Positions 1 to 9,681 of a stretch of DNA of 64,000 nt are shown piece by piece. Location: assembly GCA_965140415.1 (NCBI GenBank), contig OZ223209.1, forward strand, positions 5,472,001 to 5,536,000, written 5' to 3'. Position 1 is the stretch's first letter. Every line of letters starts with the position of its first letter. A program made the translations under genes and the position numbers. Origin of the DNA: Myxococcota bacterium. GTDB lineage: Bacteria; Myxococcota_A; SURF-8. The notes beneath the pieces were generated by a model. That model ran no database searches and was not told the DNA's origin. It saw nothing but the letters and a program-made list of their open reading frames with translations.

Positions 1-43
1 TTAATTCGGGAACTCGCGCAATATTTGCAAATTGAGTCGCCAC
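1..43 (-). CDS. secY: Preprotein translocase SecY, N-terminal 14 codons only (runs off the window)
   Basis: GTG start abutting the rplO stop; translates as MATQFANIARVPEL, typical of the SecY N-terminus; canonical position after rplO. Confidence 0.85.
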   Translation of the reverse strand, partial: MATQFANIARVPEL

Positions 44-715
44 TTACCCAATCTCCTCTATTTTACCGCCAACCGCCAGGACCGCTTTACGGGCCGAGCG
101 AGACACGAAGGGCAAACGGATCGTTTTCGCGGACTTGATCGCACCGCGTTTAACCAGGCGCACCCGCTGCACGTCTTCGGCAACCAGACCCGCCTTTTTC
201 AGCACGTCCATATCGATGACGCTGTCGGCGAGTTTTTCGATCTTCGAAACTTCAACTTCGAAGGGACGCACGGTCGGTTCGATCAATTCAACGGTACCAC
301 CAGCCGCCTCGATTTTTTCTTTGGCGCTTTTGGTGATTTTTTCCACACGCACGGTAACCGCACGCGAGATTTCACCGTTGGACAGGATCTTGACGCCGTC
401 ATGAGCAGCCTTGACCATACCCAGATCCGCCAGCATTTCGGTGTCGATCACATCGCCTTCGATGTCGTTCAAGCTGGAAAGGCTGATCTCGGCCCACTGC
501 TTACGGAAAATGTTGGTAAAACCGAACTTCGGCAAGCGCCGCTGTAAAGGCATCTGGCCACCTTCGAATCCCGGACGAACGTATCCGCCGGAACGGGCCT
601 TCTGTCCCTTATGTCCCTTACCGGCTGTTTTACCGCTGCCGGAACCGTGGCCTCTACCAATCCGCTTGCGCGAACGATTCGCGCCTTTCGGTGCGGTGAT
701 GTCTTTGAGGTTCAT
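44..715 (-). CDS. rplO: 50S ribosomal protein uL15 with duplicated C-terminal domain (223 aa)
   Basis: RIGRGHGSGSGKTAGKGHKGQKARSG and FEGGQMPLQRRLPKFGF motifs; spc operon position. Confidence 0.97.
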   Translation of the reverse strand: MNLKDITAPKGANRSRKRIGRGHGSGSGKTAGKGHKGQKARSGGYVRPGFEGGQMPLQRRLPKFGFTNIFRKQWAEISLSSLNDIEGDVIDTEMLADLGMVKAAHDGVKILSNGEISRAVTVRVEKITKSAKEKIEAAGGTVELIEPTVRPFEVEVSKIEKLADSVIDMDVLKKAGLVAEDVQRVRLVKRGAIKSAKTIRLPFVSRSARKAVLAVGGKIEEIG

Positions 716-735
716 CGTCTACACCCTTCGTTTAT

Positions 736-963
736 TTAAGCCTGAGCGCGCTTTACACTGCGACGCGACGGCGTAAGTTCCTCTGTGGTTTCTTCCATCG
801 TGACCAGGTGCTTGACCTTGAACACCATGCCGCGGATGGCAGGCGTATCTTCGCGAATCACCGTGTGGCGGATTTTACGTAAACCCAAACCTTTGATGAT
901 TTTCCGTTGATTTTCAGGTCGCCCTACCAGGCTGCGTGTCATCGTGATTTTCAAGTTCGCCAT
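736..963 (-). CDS. rpmD: 50S ribosomal protein uL30 with short C-terminal extension
   Basis: [29 protein letters not shown]; lies between rpsE and rplO. Confidence 0.96.
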   Translation of the reverse strand: MANLKITMTRSLVGRPENQRKIIKGLGLRKIRHTVIREDTPAIRGMVFKVKHLVTMEETTEELTPSRRSVKRAQA

Positions 964-978
964 GCCGCTTCTCCTTAC

Positions 979-1488
979 CTAACCCAACTGCTCGGGCGTT
1001 TTACCCAAACGCTTGGCGAAGGCTTCCATCGTCGTGAGGTTGTTCAACCCGTCCATCGTCGCACGTACCACATTATGCGGATTACGCGAGCCGATGATCT
1101 TGGACAGGATATTCGGAATACCTGCCGACTCGATGATGGCACGAACCGTACCGCCGGCGATGATTCCCGTACCTGGGGAGGCCGGTTTCAACACGACCCG
1201 GCTCGCTCCATAGCGACCGATGATCTCGTGCGGAATCGACTCTTTCACGATCGGAATCTTCACCATGTCGCGCTTGGCCCGCTCACCCGCTTTACGGATG
1301 GCTTCCGGAACTTCGTTAGCCTTACCTTTGCCAACGCCGACCGAACCGTTACCATCGCCGACCACTACGATCGCGCTAAAGGAAAAACGACGACCACCTT
1401 TGACAACTTTGGCAACTCGGTTGATATGGACGATGCGATCCTGAAATTCATCGTCTGTCGCATTTTGATTTTGTACCATGTTCGCCAC
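979..1488 (-). CDS. rpsE: 30S ribosomal protein uS5
   Basis: [16 protein letters not shown] motif; GTG start with AGGAGG RBS. Confidence 0.98.
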   Translation of the reverse strand: MANMVQNQNATDDEFQDRIVHINRVAKVVKGGRRFSFSAIVVVGDGNGSVGVGKGKANEVPEAIRKAGERAKRDMVKIPIVKESIPHEIIGRYGASRVVLKPASPGTGIIAGGTVRAIIESAGIPNILSKIIGSRNPHNVVRATMDGLNNLTTMEAFAKRLGKTPEQLG

Positions 1489-1506
1489 GGAATCCTCCTT
1501 CGGCGC

Positions 1507-1959
1507 CTAGAAGTTAAGACCCGCTTTGCGAGCGGCCTCGGCCAGGTTACGCACCCGCCCGTGATACTTGTATCCACTGCGGTCGAACACGACCTTTTCG
1601 ATCTGCTTCGCCTTGCAGCGCTCCGCCAGTACTTCACCCACTTTGCGGGCGATCAGCACGTTGCGGCTGGGAGGCGGCTCGACCTTCTTTTGTTTCTTAC
1701 CCTTGCCTTTGCCTTCGGCCTCTTCTGCCGGAGGTTCGGGAGCCGGAGCACTTTCCAAAGCTTGGATCTGCTCGCGCATCTCACCATCCAGTGATGAAGC
1801 CTGGGCCAGGGTAGCGCCCGTTTCATCATCGATGACCTGGGCGTAAATGTGCTTCAGGCTGCGAAAGACTGTCAAACGCGGACGCTCGACGGTGCCGACA
1901 ACCTTCTTGCGAATTCTACTCTTGCGGTTCAGCCGTTGGGCCGTTTTCTTCGTTGGCAT
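1507..1959 (-). CDS. rplR: 50S ribosomal protein uL18 with internal insertion
   Basis: [20 protein letters not shown] and [14 protein letters not shown] motifs. Confidence 0.97.
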   Translation of the reverse strand: MPTKKTAQRLNRKSRIRKKVVGTVERPRLTVFRSLKHIYAQVIDDETGATLAQASSLDGEMREQIQALESAPAPEPPAEEAEGKGKGKKQKKVEPPPSRNVLIARKVGEVLAERCKAKQIEKVVFDRSGYKYHGRVRNLAEAARKAGLNF

Positions 1960-1994
1960 GTTACAATTTCCTCGTCAATAAAGGAAACATTCAA

Positions 1995-2537
1995 TTACTT
2001 ACCGGCTGACTTGCCTGCCTTGCGGCGGACGGTCTCTTCCGTGTACTTGATGCCCTTGCCTTTATAAGGCTCGGGGGGACGCAGGCCACGGATGTTGGCC
2101 GCCGTCTGTCCGAGCAACTGCTTGTCAAAACCTTTTAGAACGATGTGGTTGGTCTTTGCATCCACTTCGCCACTGATGCCTTTAGGCAGTGGGAATGAAA
2201 TGGGATGCGAATAACCCAGCGCGAATTCAATGGCGTTGCCCTTCAATTCGGCCTTGTAACCTACACCGACAATGTCCAGCTCGCGTTTGAAGCCCTCGCT
2301 TACGCCCGTCACCATGTTGGCGAAGAGACTGCGGTAAAGCCCATGGTACGCTCCTGCCTGGCGATCATTGCCGACGCATTCGCAAAGGAGTTGATTATCC
2401 TCGATCTTAACCTGAACTTCCGGACGAAAATCCTGGGTCATCTCACCCAGCGGTCCTTTTACGGTGACGGTCATGCCGTCTACCTTGACTTGGACCTTGT
2501 CCGGAATCGGTATAGGTAGTTTACCAATTCGTGACAT
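1995..2537 (-). CDS. rplF: 50S ribosomal protein uL6
   Basis: MSRIGKLPI start, LGYSHP, RPPEPYKGKGIKY; start moved to ATG 2537. Confidence 0.98.
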   Translation of the reverse strand: MSRIGKLPIPIPDKVQVKVDGMTVTVKGPLGEMTQDFRPEVQVKIEDNQLLCECVGNDRQAGAYHGLYRSLFANMVTGVSEGFKRELDIVGVGYKAELKGNAIEFALGYSHPISFPLPKGISGEVDAKTNHIVLKGFDKQLLGQTAANIRGLRPPEPYKGKGIKYTEETVRRKAGKSAGK

Positions 2538-2561
2538 AGCGAACACCTATTTCGTTCGTTG

Positions 2562-2960
2562 TTACCAAATGGAGCAAATCAGCTCTCCGCCAATGTGCTT
2601 CTGCTTCGCCTCACGGTCCGTCATGACACCCTGCGAGGTGGAGATAATGGAAGTTCCCATTCCGTTGCGAACACTGGGAATTCCGTCGCACCTTACATAT
2701 TGCCTGAGTCCCGGCTTGCTCATGCGCTTGATTCCAAGGATCACCGGATCACGGTTCTCCAGATACCGAAGAGAAATCTCCAGCTCTTTGTGGACACCCT
2801 TTTCCGATACCTTGAATCCCTTGATGTACCCTTCTTCTTTCATGATGTTCAGGATACGAACCTTCATGTTGGAAGATGGGCAGCGCACTTTATCCAAACG
2901 CGCCTGGCAGGCGTTACGGATTCGTGTCAGCAGATCGGCGATTGGATCGGTCATGCTCAT
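2562..2960 (-). CDS. rpsH: 30S ribosomal protein uS8
   Basis: MTDPIADLLTRIRNA, SKPGLRQY, ISTSQGVMTD. Confidence 0.98.
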   Translation of the reverse strand: MSMTDPIADLLTRIRNACQARLDKVRCPSSNMKVRILNIMKEEGYIKGFKVSEKGVHKELEISLRYLENRDPVILGIKRMSKPGLRQYVRCDGIPSVRNGMGTSIISTSQGVMTDREAKQKHIGGELICSIW

Positions 2961-3012
2961 AGTTTCAATCCTCTTTCGTTATCGGCGGCGATTCACCCGC
3001 TTGTCGCCGAAA

Positions 3013-3198
3013 TTACCAGCTCGCCTTGGTCACGCCGGGCAGAAGCCCGAACGATGCGTTATTGCGTAAACAAATGCGGCACATCCCGAATTTACGATGG
3101 TAGCCACGCGGCCTGCCGCAAAGCGGACAGCGGTTATAGCGTCTCACCTTGAACTTCGGTTTTTTGACAGCCTTTACTCTTAAACACGTTTTTGCCAA
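3013..3198 (-). CDS. rpsN: 30S ribosomal protein uS14, zinc-binding (type Z)
   Basis: 61 aa, [10 protein letters not shown]...MCRICLR; TTG start. Confidence 0.97.
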   Translation of the reverse strand: MAKTCLRVKAVKKPKFKVRRYNRCPLCGRPRGYHRKFGMCRICLRNNASFGLLPGVTKASW

Positions 3199-3215
3199 TG
3201 TGGCCTCCCGATACG

Positions 3216-3755
3216 CTAGTGTCTGAACGGCATTCCGAAATGCTTCAGCAATGCCCGTGATTCTTCGTCGGTAATGGCTGTCGTGACGATGGTCACATTC
3301 AAGCCTTTGATCTTATCGATCTTATCGTAGTCGATCTCGGGGAAAATGATTTCCTCGCGGATACCCATGCTGTAATTGCCACGACCGTCGAAAGCCTTTT
3401 TGCTCACACCCTTGAAGTCGCGTACACGAGGCAGGGCGATGTTGACCAGTCGATCGAGGAATTCGTACATGCGAGCGCCGCGCAACGTGACTTTCGCACC
3501 GATCTTCATTCCTTCGCGCAGTTTAAACTGGGCAATCGACTTGCGTGCTTTCGTCACAACCGGGGCTTGGCCGGTAATCGTGCGCAGTTCATCGACAGCG
3601 GATTCCATAACCTTCGGGTTCTGAATGGCTTCACCCAGGCCCATGTTCACTACGATCTTTTCCAGACGTGGAATCTGGAGTTGATTCTTGTAGTTGAAAT
3701 CCTTCATCATCTTTGGGATGATCTGTTCTTTATACAGTTCTCTCAGACGCGCCAT
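3216..3755 (-). CDS. rplE: 50S ribosomal protein uL5
   Basis: [28 protein letters not shown]. Confidence 0.98.
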   Translation of the reverse strand: MARLRELYKEQIIPKMMKDFNYKNQLQIPRLEKIVVNMGLGEAIQNPKVMESAVDELRTITGQAPVVTKARKSIAQFKLREGMKIGAKVTLRGARMYEFLDRLVNIALPRVRDFKGVSKKAFDGRGNYSMGIREEIIFPEIDYDKIDKIKGLNVTIVTTAITDEESRALLKHFGMPFRH

Positions 3756-3770
3756 AATAGCAGTCTCCTT

Positions 3771-4094
3771 TTATTCGAACACCTCACCGGTGCGCTTGCA
3801 ACGGCGCATGACTTTGCCATTATCCAGCTTGTGCCGCAGCGCTCGGGTGGGTTTACCATCCTGCGGGCTGATCAGCATGACGTTGGAGGCGTCGATCGGC
3901 GCTTCTTTTTCAATGATGCCACCGGTGGGATACTTCTGATTGGGTTTCTGGTGACGTTTCACCATATTCACGCGCTCCACCAGCACTTTCCCCTTGTCGG
4001 AGTCTACCAAAAGCACCTTGCCCTTGGAGCCCTTTTCGCTTCCAGCGATCACGATCACCGTGTCACCTTTTTTTACGTGCAGCGATTTCGCCAT
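3771..4094 (-). CDS. rplX: 50S ribosomal protein uL24
   Basis: [19 protein letters not shown] motif, [15 protein letters not shown]. Confidence 0.98.
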   Translation of the reverse strand: MAKSLHVKKGDTVIVIAGSEKGSKGKVLLVDSDKGKVLVERVNMVKRHQKPNQKYPTGGIIEKEAPIDASNVMLISPQDGKPTRALRHKLDNGKVMRRCKRTGEVFE

Positions 4095-4119
4095 TTCTTT
4101 CTCCTAGACCTCTGGCCGT

Positions 4120-4488
4120 CTACAACACTTCCGGGGCCAACGAGACGATTTTCATGAAACGTTGGGCTCGCAGTTCACGGGCCACCGGTCCGAAAATACG
4201 CGTTCCGATCGGTTCACGAGCCTGGTTGATCAATACCGCCGAGTTGTCGTCGAATTTGATATAGGTTCCGTTCGGGCGAGCGATTTCCTTGGCCGTGCGA
4301 ACGATGACCGCCTTGACGACCGACCCTTTTTTCACCTTGGAATTTGGGATCGCCTCTTTTACGCTGGCTACGATCACGTCGCCGACGTGCGCGTATTTAC
4401 GCTTTGAGCCGCCCAGCACCTTGATGCACATCACCCGCTTCGCACCGGAATTGTCCGCTACTTCGAGCACGCTTTGCATCTGAATCAT
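4120..4488 (-). CDS. rplN: 50S ribosomal protein uL14
   Basis: [28 protein letters not shown]. Confidence 0.99.
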   Translation of the reverse strand: MIQMQSVLEVADNSGAKRVMCIKVLGGSKRKYAHVGDVIVASVKEAIPNSKVKKGSVVKAVIVRTAKEIARPNGTYIKFDDNSAVLINQAREPIGTRIFGPVARELRAQRFMKIVSLAPEVL

Positions 4489-4525
4489 GATCTTACTCCA
4501 CTTTGCAAGTGATATCTAAAAGCCG

Positions 4526-4783
4526 TTAGATGGCTTTCTTAACAATCTCTTTGACCCGCCAGCGCTTGGTTCGCGACAACGGACGACTCTCGCTAATGAT
4601 CACTTCATCGCCAATCGAGCACAGGTTCTTTTCGTCGTGAGCGCTGTACTTCTTGCTTTTGGAGATGTATTTCTTGAACAGGGGGTGCTTGAAACGGCGG
4701 TTGATTTTCACGACGACCGTTTTGTCCATCTTGTCGCTTACTACGACACCCTGCAATGTTTTCTTGTTTGCACTGTCGCTCAT
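4526..4783 (-). CDS. rpsQ: 30S ribosomal protein uS17
   Basis: [23 protein letters not shown]. Confidence 0.98.
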   Translation of the reverse strand: MSDSANKKTLQGVVVSDKMDKTVVVKINRRFKHPLFKKYISKSKKYSAHDEKNLCSIGDEVIISESRPLSRTKRWRVKEIVKKAI

Positions 4784-4992
4784 GACAGACCGCCTTCCTT
4801 CTGCTCATTCTGGCGTTCGTTGAGCACCGTCTTGACACGCGCCACATCGCGTTTGAGCAGCGACATGTGCTTGACGTTCTCCAACTGGCCAGTGGCCGCC
4901 TGGAACTTGAGGTTGAACATCGTTTCTTTTAGCTCTTTGAGCGTGGCAGCCAAATCGTCATTGGATTTGCTGCGCAGATCTATCATTTTCAT
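4780..4992 (-). CDS. rpmC: 50S ribosomal protein uL29
   Basis: [14 protein letters not shown]...[11 protein letters not shown]; lies between rplP and rpsQ. Confidence 0.97.
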   Translation of the reverse strand: MKMIDLRSKSNDDLAATLKELKETMFNLKFQAATGQLENVKHMSLLKRDVARVKTVLNERQNEQKEGGLS

Positions 4993-5405
4993 TCTTCATC
5001 CTCCCGTATGACGAAGCGCGTCTGGATCGGCAGCTTATGCGCCGCACGACGGAAGGCCTCTTTTGCCATATCCTCGGGTACACCCATCATTTCATAAAGC
5101 ATCTGACCGGGCTTGATTACGCACACCCACTCTTCCGGACTACCCTTTCCTTTACCCATGCGGGTTTCGGCAGGTTTCTTTGTCAACGGCTTATCCGGGA
5201 ACATGCGGATCCAAATGCGTCCGCCACGGCGGATATAGCGGGTCATGGCAATACGAGCAGCCTCGATCTGACGCGAGTTGATAAACCCTCGCGTCGTAGC
5301 GCGAAGACCGAAATCGCCGAAGCTGACTTCGCTGCCGCGCTGGGCGATTCCACGATTACGCCCTTTTTGTACCTTCCGGTGTTTAACCTTTTTCGGTGCT
5401 AACAT
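4989..5405 (-). CDS. rplP: 50S ribosomal protein uL16
   Basis: [23 protein letters not shown]. Confidence 0.99.
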   Translation of the reverse strand: MLAPKKVKHRKVQKGRNRGIAQRGSEVSFGDFGLRATTRGFINSRQIEAARIAMTRYIRRGGRIWIRMFPDKPLTKKPAETRMGKGKGSPEEWVCVIKPGQMLYEMMGVPEDMAKEAFRRAAHKLPIQTRFVIREDEE

Positions 5406-5455
5406 CTCAACGCCTCTTTATATTCGCCTGAGTTTCCAGTCCGTCGCCGCTCCGA

Positions 5456-6112
5456 TTAATAGAGCGCCCTGCGGATGGATTGTTTTTCCTCGAAGACCTC
5501 TCCCTTGAACACCCACACCTTCACGCCGATGACGCCGTAGGTGGTGCGTGCCTGGGTGTATCCGTAATCGATGTCGGCGCGCAGCGTGTGCAGCGGAACC
5601 CGGCCTTCGTGATAACGCTCGGTACGGGACATTTCCGCGCCGCCCAAACGACCGGCGAGGTTGACTTTGATTCCCTTGACACCGAACTTGATGGCCTGGC
5701 TGATCGATTTCTTCATCGCACGTCTGAAGGCGATACGCTTGATCAGCTGTAGCGCGATCGACTCGGCGATGAGCTGTGCATCGGTTTCGGGCTTACGAAC
5801 TTCGACGATATTCACGAAGACATTGGAGGCCGTCAGCTTGGAGATTTTCGCTTTTAGCTCGTCCACTCCGGCGCCGCCTTTACCGATTACGACACCCGGT
5901 CGAGCGGTGTGAATCGTGACCTTCAATTTGCCGGGCGCGCGCTCTAATTCGACTTTCGAAATACCAGCCGTATAGAGTTCCTTCTTGATGAAGCCGCGCA
6001 CCTTCATGTCTTCATGCAGCCATTCGGCGTAACTCTTCTGGGCAAACCACTTGCTATCCCAAGTGCGGTTTATCCCGACCCGAAGACCTATGGGGTTAAC
6101 TTTCTGACCCAA
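5456..6112 (-). CDS. rpsC: 30S ribosomal protein uS3
   Basis: [29 protein letters not shown] start. Confidence 0.99.
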   Translation of the reverse strand: MGQKVNPIGLRVGINRTWDSKWFAQKSYAEWLHEDMKVRGFIKKELYTAGISKVELERAPGKLKVTIHTARPGVVIGKGGAGVDELKAKISKLTASNVFVNIVEVRKPETDAQLIAESIALQLIKRIAFRRAMKKSISQAIKFGVKGIKVNLAGRLGGAEMSRTERYHEGRVPLHTLRADIDYGYTQARTTYGVIGVKVWVFKGEVFEEKQSIRRALY

Positions 6113-6133
6113 AACTCACCTCCGCTTTATTCG

Positions 6134-6466
6134 TTAAGCTTCTTCGAGCACGATGGTGACGTGGCTCGTACGCTTGTTGATCCGCGTGGCCCGACCCATC
6201 GCGCGTGGCATGAAGCGACGCAGCGTGGGCCCTTCATCCACCATGATACGCTTGACAAAAAGAGTGTCGATATCGAGATCACCTTTTTCATCCGCGCTCG
6301 CCACCGCCGACTGCAACAGCTTCGCCACCGGTTGCGCGGCTCGACGCTGGCAGAAATTCAGCGTATTGATCGCGTCTTCAACCTGCTTGCCTCGAACGAG
6401 ATCGGCAACCAGACGCACCTTTCTGGGTGCGACGCGCAAATATTTTAATTTCGCTTGGACTCCCAT
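6134..6466 (-). CDS. rplV: 50S ribosomal protein uL22
   Basis: PRKVRLVADLVRG, PRAMGRATRINKRTSH. Confidence 0.98.
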   Translation of the reverse strand: MGVQAKLKYLRVAPRKVRLVADLVRGKQVEDAINTLNFCQRRAAQPVAKLLQSAVASADEKGDLDIDTLFVKRIMVDEGPTLRRFMPRAMGRATRINKRTSHVTIVLEEA

Positions 6467-6480
6467 TTTAGGCTCCTTAA

Positions 6481-6756
6481 CTAGCGCTTCGATTTCTTGT
6501 CGCCGGCGTGACCTTTGAAGGTACGCGTGATGGCGAACTCACCGAACTTATGCCCGACCATGTTTTCGGTCACAAACACCGGGATAAATTTCTTGCCATT
6601 GTGCACGGCGAAGGTCAAGCCAATGCATTCAGGCAGGATCGTCGACCGGCGCGACCAGGTCTTGATGACTTTGCGGCTGCCGCTGTTCTGGGCGTCCAGC
6701 ACTTTTTTCACCAAATGGTCGTCTACAAAGGGTCCTTTTTTAATCGAACGAGGCAC
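6481..6756 (-). CDS. rpsS: 30S ribosomal protein uS19
   Basis: [28 protein letters not shown]. Confidence 0.99.
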   Translation of the reverse strand: MPRSIKKGPFVDDHLVKKVLDAQNSGSRKVIKTWSRRSTILPECIGLTFAVHNGKKFIPVFVTENMVGHKFGEFAITRTFKGHAGDKKSKR

Positions 6757-6784
6757 GGTTTCCTCTCCTCTTCACGGCTTTCAG

Positions 6785-7618
6785 TTATTTACGCCCTTTA
6801 TGGCGACGGCGCACGATCAAGTAATCGCTGCGATGATTCTTACGAGTCTTCTTACCCTTGGTCGGCACACCCCAGGGAGTAACCGGATGACGACCACCGG
6901 AGGTACGGCCTTCACCACCACCATGCGGATGGTCAACCGGGTTCATGACGACACCACGTACACTCGGGCGACGTCCCAGCCAGCGTTTACGACCGGCCTT
7001 ACCGAGTTTCACGTTTTCCTGCTCCTGGTTACCGACCGTACCGATGGTAGCGCGGCACTCCATGAGCACTTTGCGAACTTCACCGGAAGGCAGACGCAAC
7101 TGAGCGTAACGGCCTTCTTTGGCGAGCAGCTGCGCACCGGTTCCACCAGCGCGGCAGATCTGGCCGCCCTTGCCGATCTTCAGTTCGATGTTGTGCAACA
7201 CCGTACCAAGAGGAATGTCCTTGATCGCCAAGCAGTTGCCGGGCAGGATATCCGCTTCGGGACCGGAAACGACAGTATCGCCGACTTTCAAGCCATTGGG
7301 CGCGATGATGTAACGTTTTTCACCATCGAGGTAATGCAGCAAGGCAATACGGGAAGTGCGGTTCGGATCGTATTCGATCGTCGCAACGCGCGCCGGCACA
7401 CCGTATTTATCGCGCTTGAAATCGATTACGCGGTAATGACGACGATGCCCACCACCACGGTGACGCACGGTAATGCGTCCGTAGTTGTTGCGTCCGCCCG
7501 ATTTGGACAAACGACGCAGCAGCGGTTTGTACGGCTTGTCTGTAGTGATCTCCTTGAAATCGGAGACGGTCATTCCGCGCCGACCCGGAGATGTTGGTTT
7601 ATATTTTTTATTGGCCAT
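6785..7618 (-). CDS. rplB: 50S ribosomal protein uL2
   Basis: [21 protein letters not shown]. Confidence 0.99.
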   Translation of the reverse strand: MANKKYKPTSPGRRGMTVSDFKEITTDKPYKPLLRRLSKSGGRNNYGRITVRHRGGGHRRHYRVIDFKRDKYGVPARVATIEYDPNRTSRIALLHYLDGEKRYIIAPNGLKVGDTVVSGPEADILPGNCLAIKDIPLGTVLHNIELKIGKGGQICRAGGTGAQLLAKEGRYAQLRLPSGEVRKVLMECRATIGTVGNQEQENVKLGKAGRKRWLGRRPSVRGVVMNPVDHPHGGGEGRTSGGRHPVTPWGVPTKGKKTRKNHRSDYLIVRRRHKGRK

Positions 7619-7649
7619 CGATCCACTCCTTTAGTTCGACCGGCAGCGC

Positions 7650-7943
7650 CTAAACGCCTTCATACATTTCGATGGTGTCACCTTCGCGCAGCGAAATGAT
7701 CGCTTTCTTCCAACCCGTCGAGCGGCCCGTAAACCGACCGAGACGCTTCCACTTGCCGGGAAGCAGGATGGTGCGCACGTTGGTCACTTTGACATCAAAC
7801 AGTTTTTGAATGGCGTGCTTGATCTCTACCTTGTTGGCGTCCTTTCTCACTTCGAAGAAGTACTGGTTCGCCTCCTCCTGGATGCGAGTTCCCTTTTCCG
7901 TGAGCAGTGGCCGCACGATGATGTCTTGCGGATCTTTTTTCAT
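7650..7943 (-). CDS. rplW: 50S ribosomal protein uL23
   Basis: PLLTEK, ANKVEIK, WKKAIISL. Confidence 0.98.
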   Translation of the reverse strand: MKKDPQDIIVRPLLTEKGTRIQEEANQYFFEVRKDANKVEIKHAIQKLFDVKVTNVRTILLPGKWKRLGRFTGRSTGWKKAIISLREGDTIEMYEGV

Positions 7944-8563
7944 GACTTCAACGCTCCTTCCACCGTCTCGATCGCCGACTTGGTCATGACCAGGGTGTCA
8001 TGGTTTAGAATGTCGTATACGTTCAATCCCGCCGTAGGCAGCACGTTGACACCATGAATGTTACGCGCCGACAAGGTCAGGTTGGTGTTGCCATCGTCTA
8101 CGATCAAGGCTTTTCCGTTGGCACCCAGTCGATTGAGGGTAGCTACGAGATTTTTCGTCTTGATCTCGGACAATTCGAAGTTGTCAACCACGACCAGCTT
8201 GGCTTCGCCATTACGCAGACTCAACGCGGAGCGCAGCGCGCCCTTGCGAACCTTCCGCGGCACGCGGTAGGCATAACTGCGAGGATGCGGACCGAAAACC
8301 GTTCCACCGCCACGCAACGTAGGCGATTTACGGCTACCCTTACGAGCCCGGCCAGTTCCCTTCTGACGGAACATCTTTGCCGTAGTACCGGCAATCAAAC
8401 CGCGAGTCTTGGTGCTGTGGGTTCCCGCACGGCGGTTCGCCAGTTGCATCTTGACCACTTCGTAAAAGAGGTTCTGGTTGACTTCGGCGGCGAACACACT
8501 GTCGTCCACCTCAATCTGCCCTACCTCGTTGTAATTAAGGTCGTAAACCTTCAGGACCGCCAT
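7940..8563 (-). CDS. rplD: 50S ribosomal protein uL4
   Basis: RAGTHSTKTR, QKGTGRAR, GGGTVFGPHPR. Confidence 0.98.
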   Translation of the reverse strand: MAVLKVYDLNYNEVGQIEVDDSVFAAEVNQNLFYEVVKMQLANRRAGTHSTKTRGLIAGTTAKMFRQKGTGRARKGSRKSPTLRGGGTVFGPHPRSYAYRVPRKVRKGALRSALSLRNGEAKLVVVDNFELSEIKTKNLVATLNRLGANGKALIVDDGNTNLTLSARNIHGVNVLPTAGLNVYDILNHDTLVMTKSAIETVEGALKS

Positions 8564-8589
8564 GATCCACTCCTTCGCACGATCGGCTG

Positions 8590-9273
8590 CTAGCCTTCTT
8601 GCTTTTGAATGTACACAATACCATTGCTGGCGCCGGGAATGGAGCCGCGCAGGAACATCAGGTTGTTCTCTTCGTCTACCGAAAACAAGAAGATGTTCTT
8701 GATCGTGACTTTTGCATTGCCGAGCTGACCCGGCATTTTCTTATTCTTCAGTACTCGGGCCGGCCAGGCGCACATACCGATCGAGCCGGGGATACGGTGG
8801 CTGCGGCTACCGTGAGTCTTGCGACCGCCATGGAATCCGTGACGCTTAACGACGCCCTGGAAACCGCGACCTTTGGAAGTGCCCGTCACCTTTAAGATGT
8901 CGCCGTGACCGAAGTCCGCCATGGAGATTTCCTGGCCCACTTCAAAATCATCGATACGATCGGTGCGGAATTCCTTTAAATAACGGAAGGCACCCTTTCC
9001 GGCTTTTTCGAAGTGACCGACCATCGGCTTCGGTACGCTGTTTTTCTTGCGCGTACCCTTCATTTTGCCCTGCTTTTCCTGCACTGTGGATTTCCACTGG
9101 ATCGCCTTGGAGCTGAATCCGAGTTGCAGTGCATTGTAGCCGTCTTTTTCCATGGTCTTCTTCTGAAGCACCACGCAGGGGCCGGCTTCCACTACTGTCA
9201 GCGCATGACGGGTTCCGTCTTCCGTGAAGACTTGCGTCATACCGACTTTCTTTCCAATTATTCCGAAAGACAT
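8590..9273 (-). CDS. rplC: 50S ribosomal protein uL3 with basic insertion
   Basis: GKKVGMTQVF, SKGRGFQGVVKRH, HRIPGSIG. Confidence 0.98.
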   Translation of the reverse strand: MSFGIIGKKVGMTQVFTEDGTRHALTVVEAGPCVVLQKKTMEKDGYNALQLGFSSKAIQWKSTVQEKQGKMKGTRKKNSVPKPMVGHFEKAGKGAFRYLKEFRTDRIDDFEVGQEISMADFGHGDILKVTGTSKGRGFQGVVKRHGFHGGRKTHGSRSHRIPGSIGMCAWPARVLKNKKMPGQLGNAKVTIKNIFLFSVDEENNLMFLRGSIPGASNGIVYIQKQEG

Positions 9274-9355
9274 AGCATCCTCACACTCGCGCCATCAACT
9301 TCGGCGCCAGAGGTTCTTCTTCAACACATCCAGTTGCAACTACCGCTACCGAATG

Positions 9356-9664
9356 TCAGGTCTTGATTTCTACATCCACGCCAGCCGACAGATCCAATTT
9401 CATCAGTTCATCCAGAGTCTGCTGATTCGGCTCCAGAATATCGACCAACCGGTTATGGGTGCGAATCTCGAACTGTTCCCGCGACTTCTTGTTGACGTGC
9501 GGCGAACGCAAGACCGTGTACCTGTTGATAACCGTCGGCAGGGGAATGGGGCCTGCCACCCTGGCGCCAGTGCGGCGCACGGTTTCTACGATCTCTACCG
9601 TGGATTGATCCAACAGTTTGTAATCGTAGGCTTTAAGCCGTATGCGGATCTTCTGCTGAGCCAC
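9356..9664 (-). CDS. rpsJ: 30S ribosomal protein uS10
   Basis: [29 protein letters not shown]. Confidence 0.99.
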   Translation of the reverse strand: MAQQKIRIRLKAYDYKLLDQSTVEIVETVRRTGARVAGPIPLPTVINRYTVLRSPHVNKKSREQFEIRTHNRLVDILEPNQQTLDELMKLDLSAGVDVEIKT

Positions 9665-9681
9665 TTGGTACCCCTTTCGGC

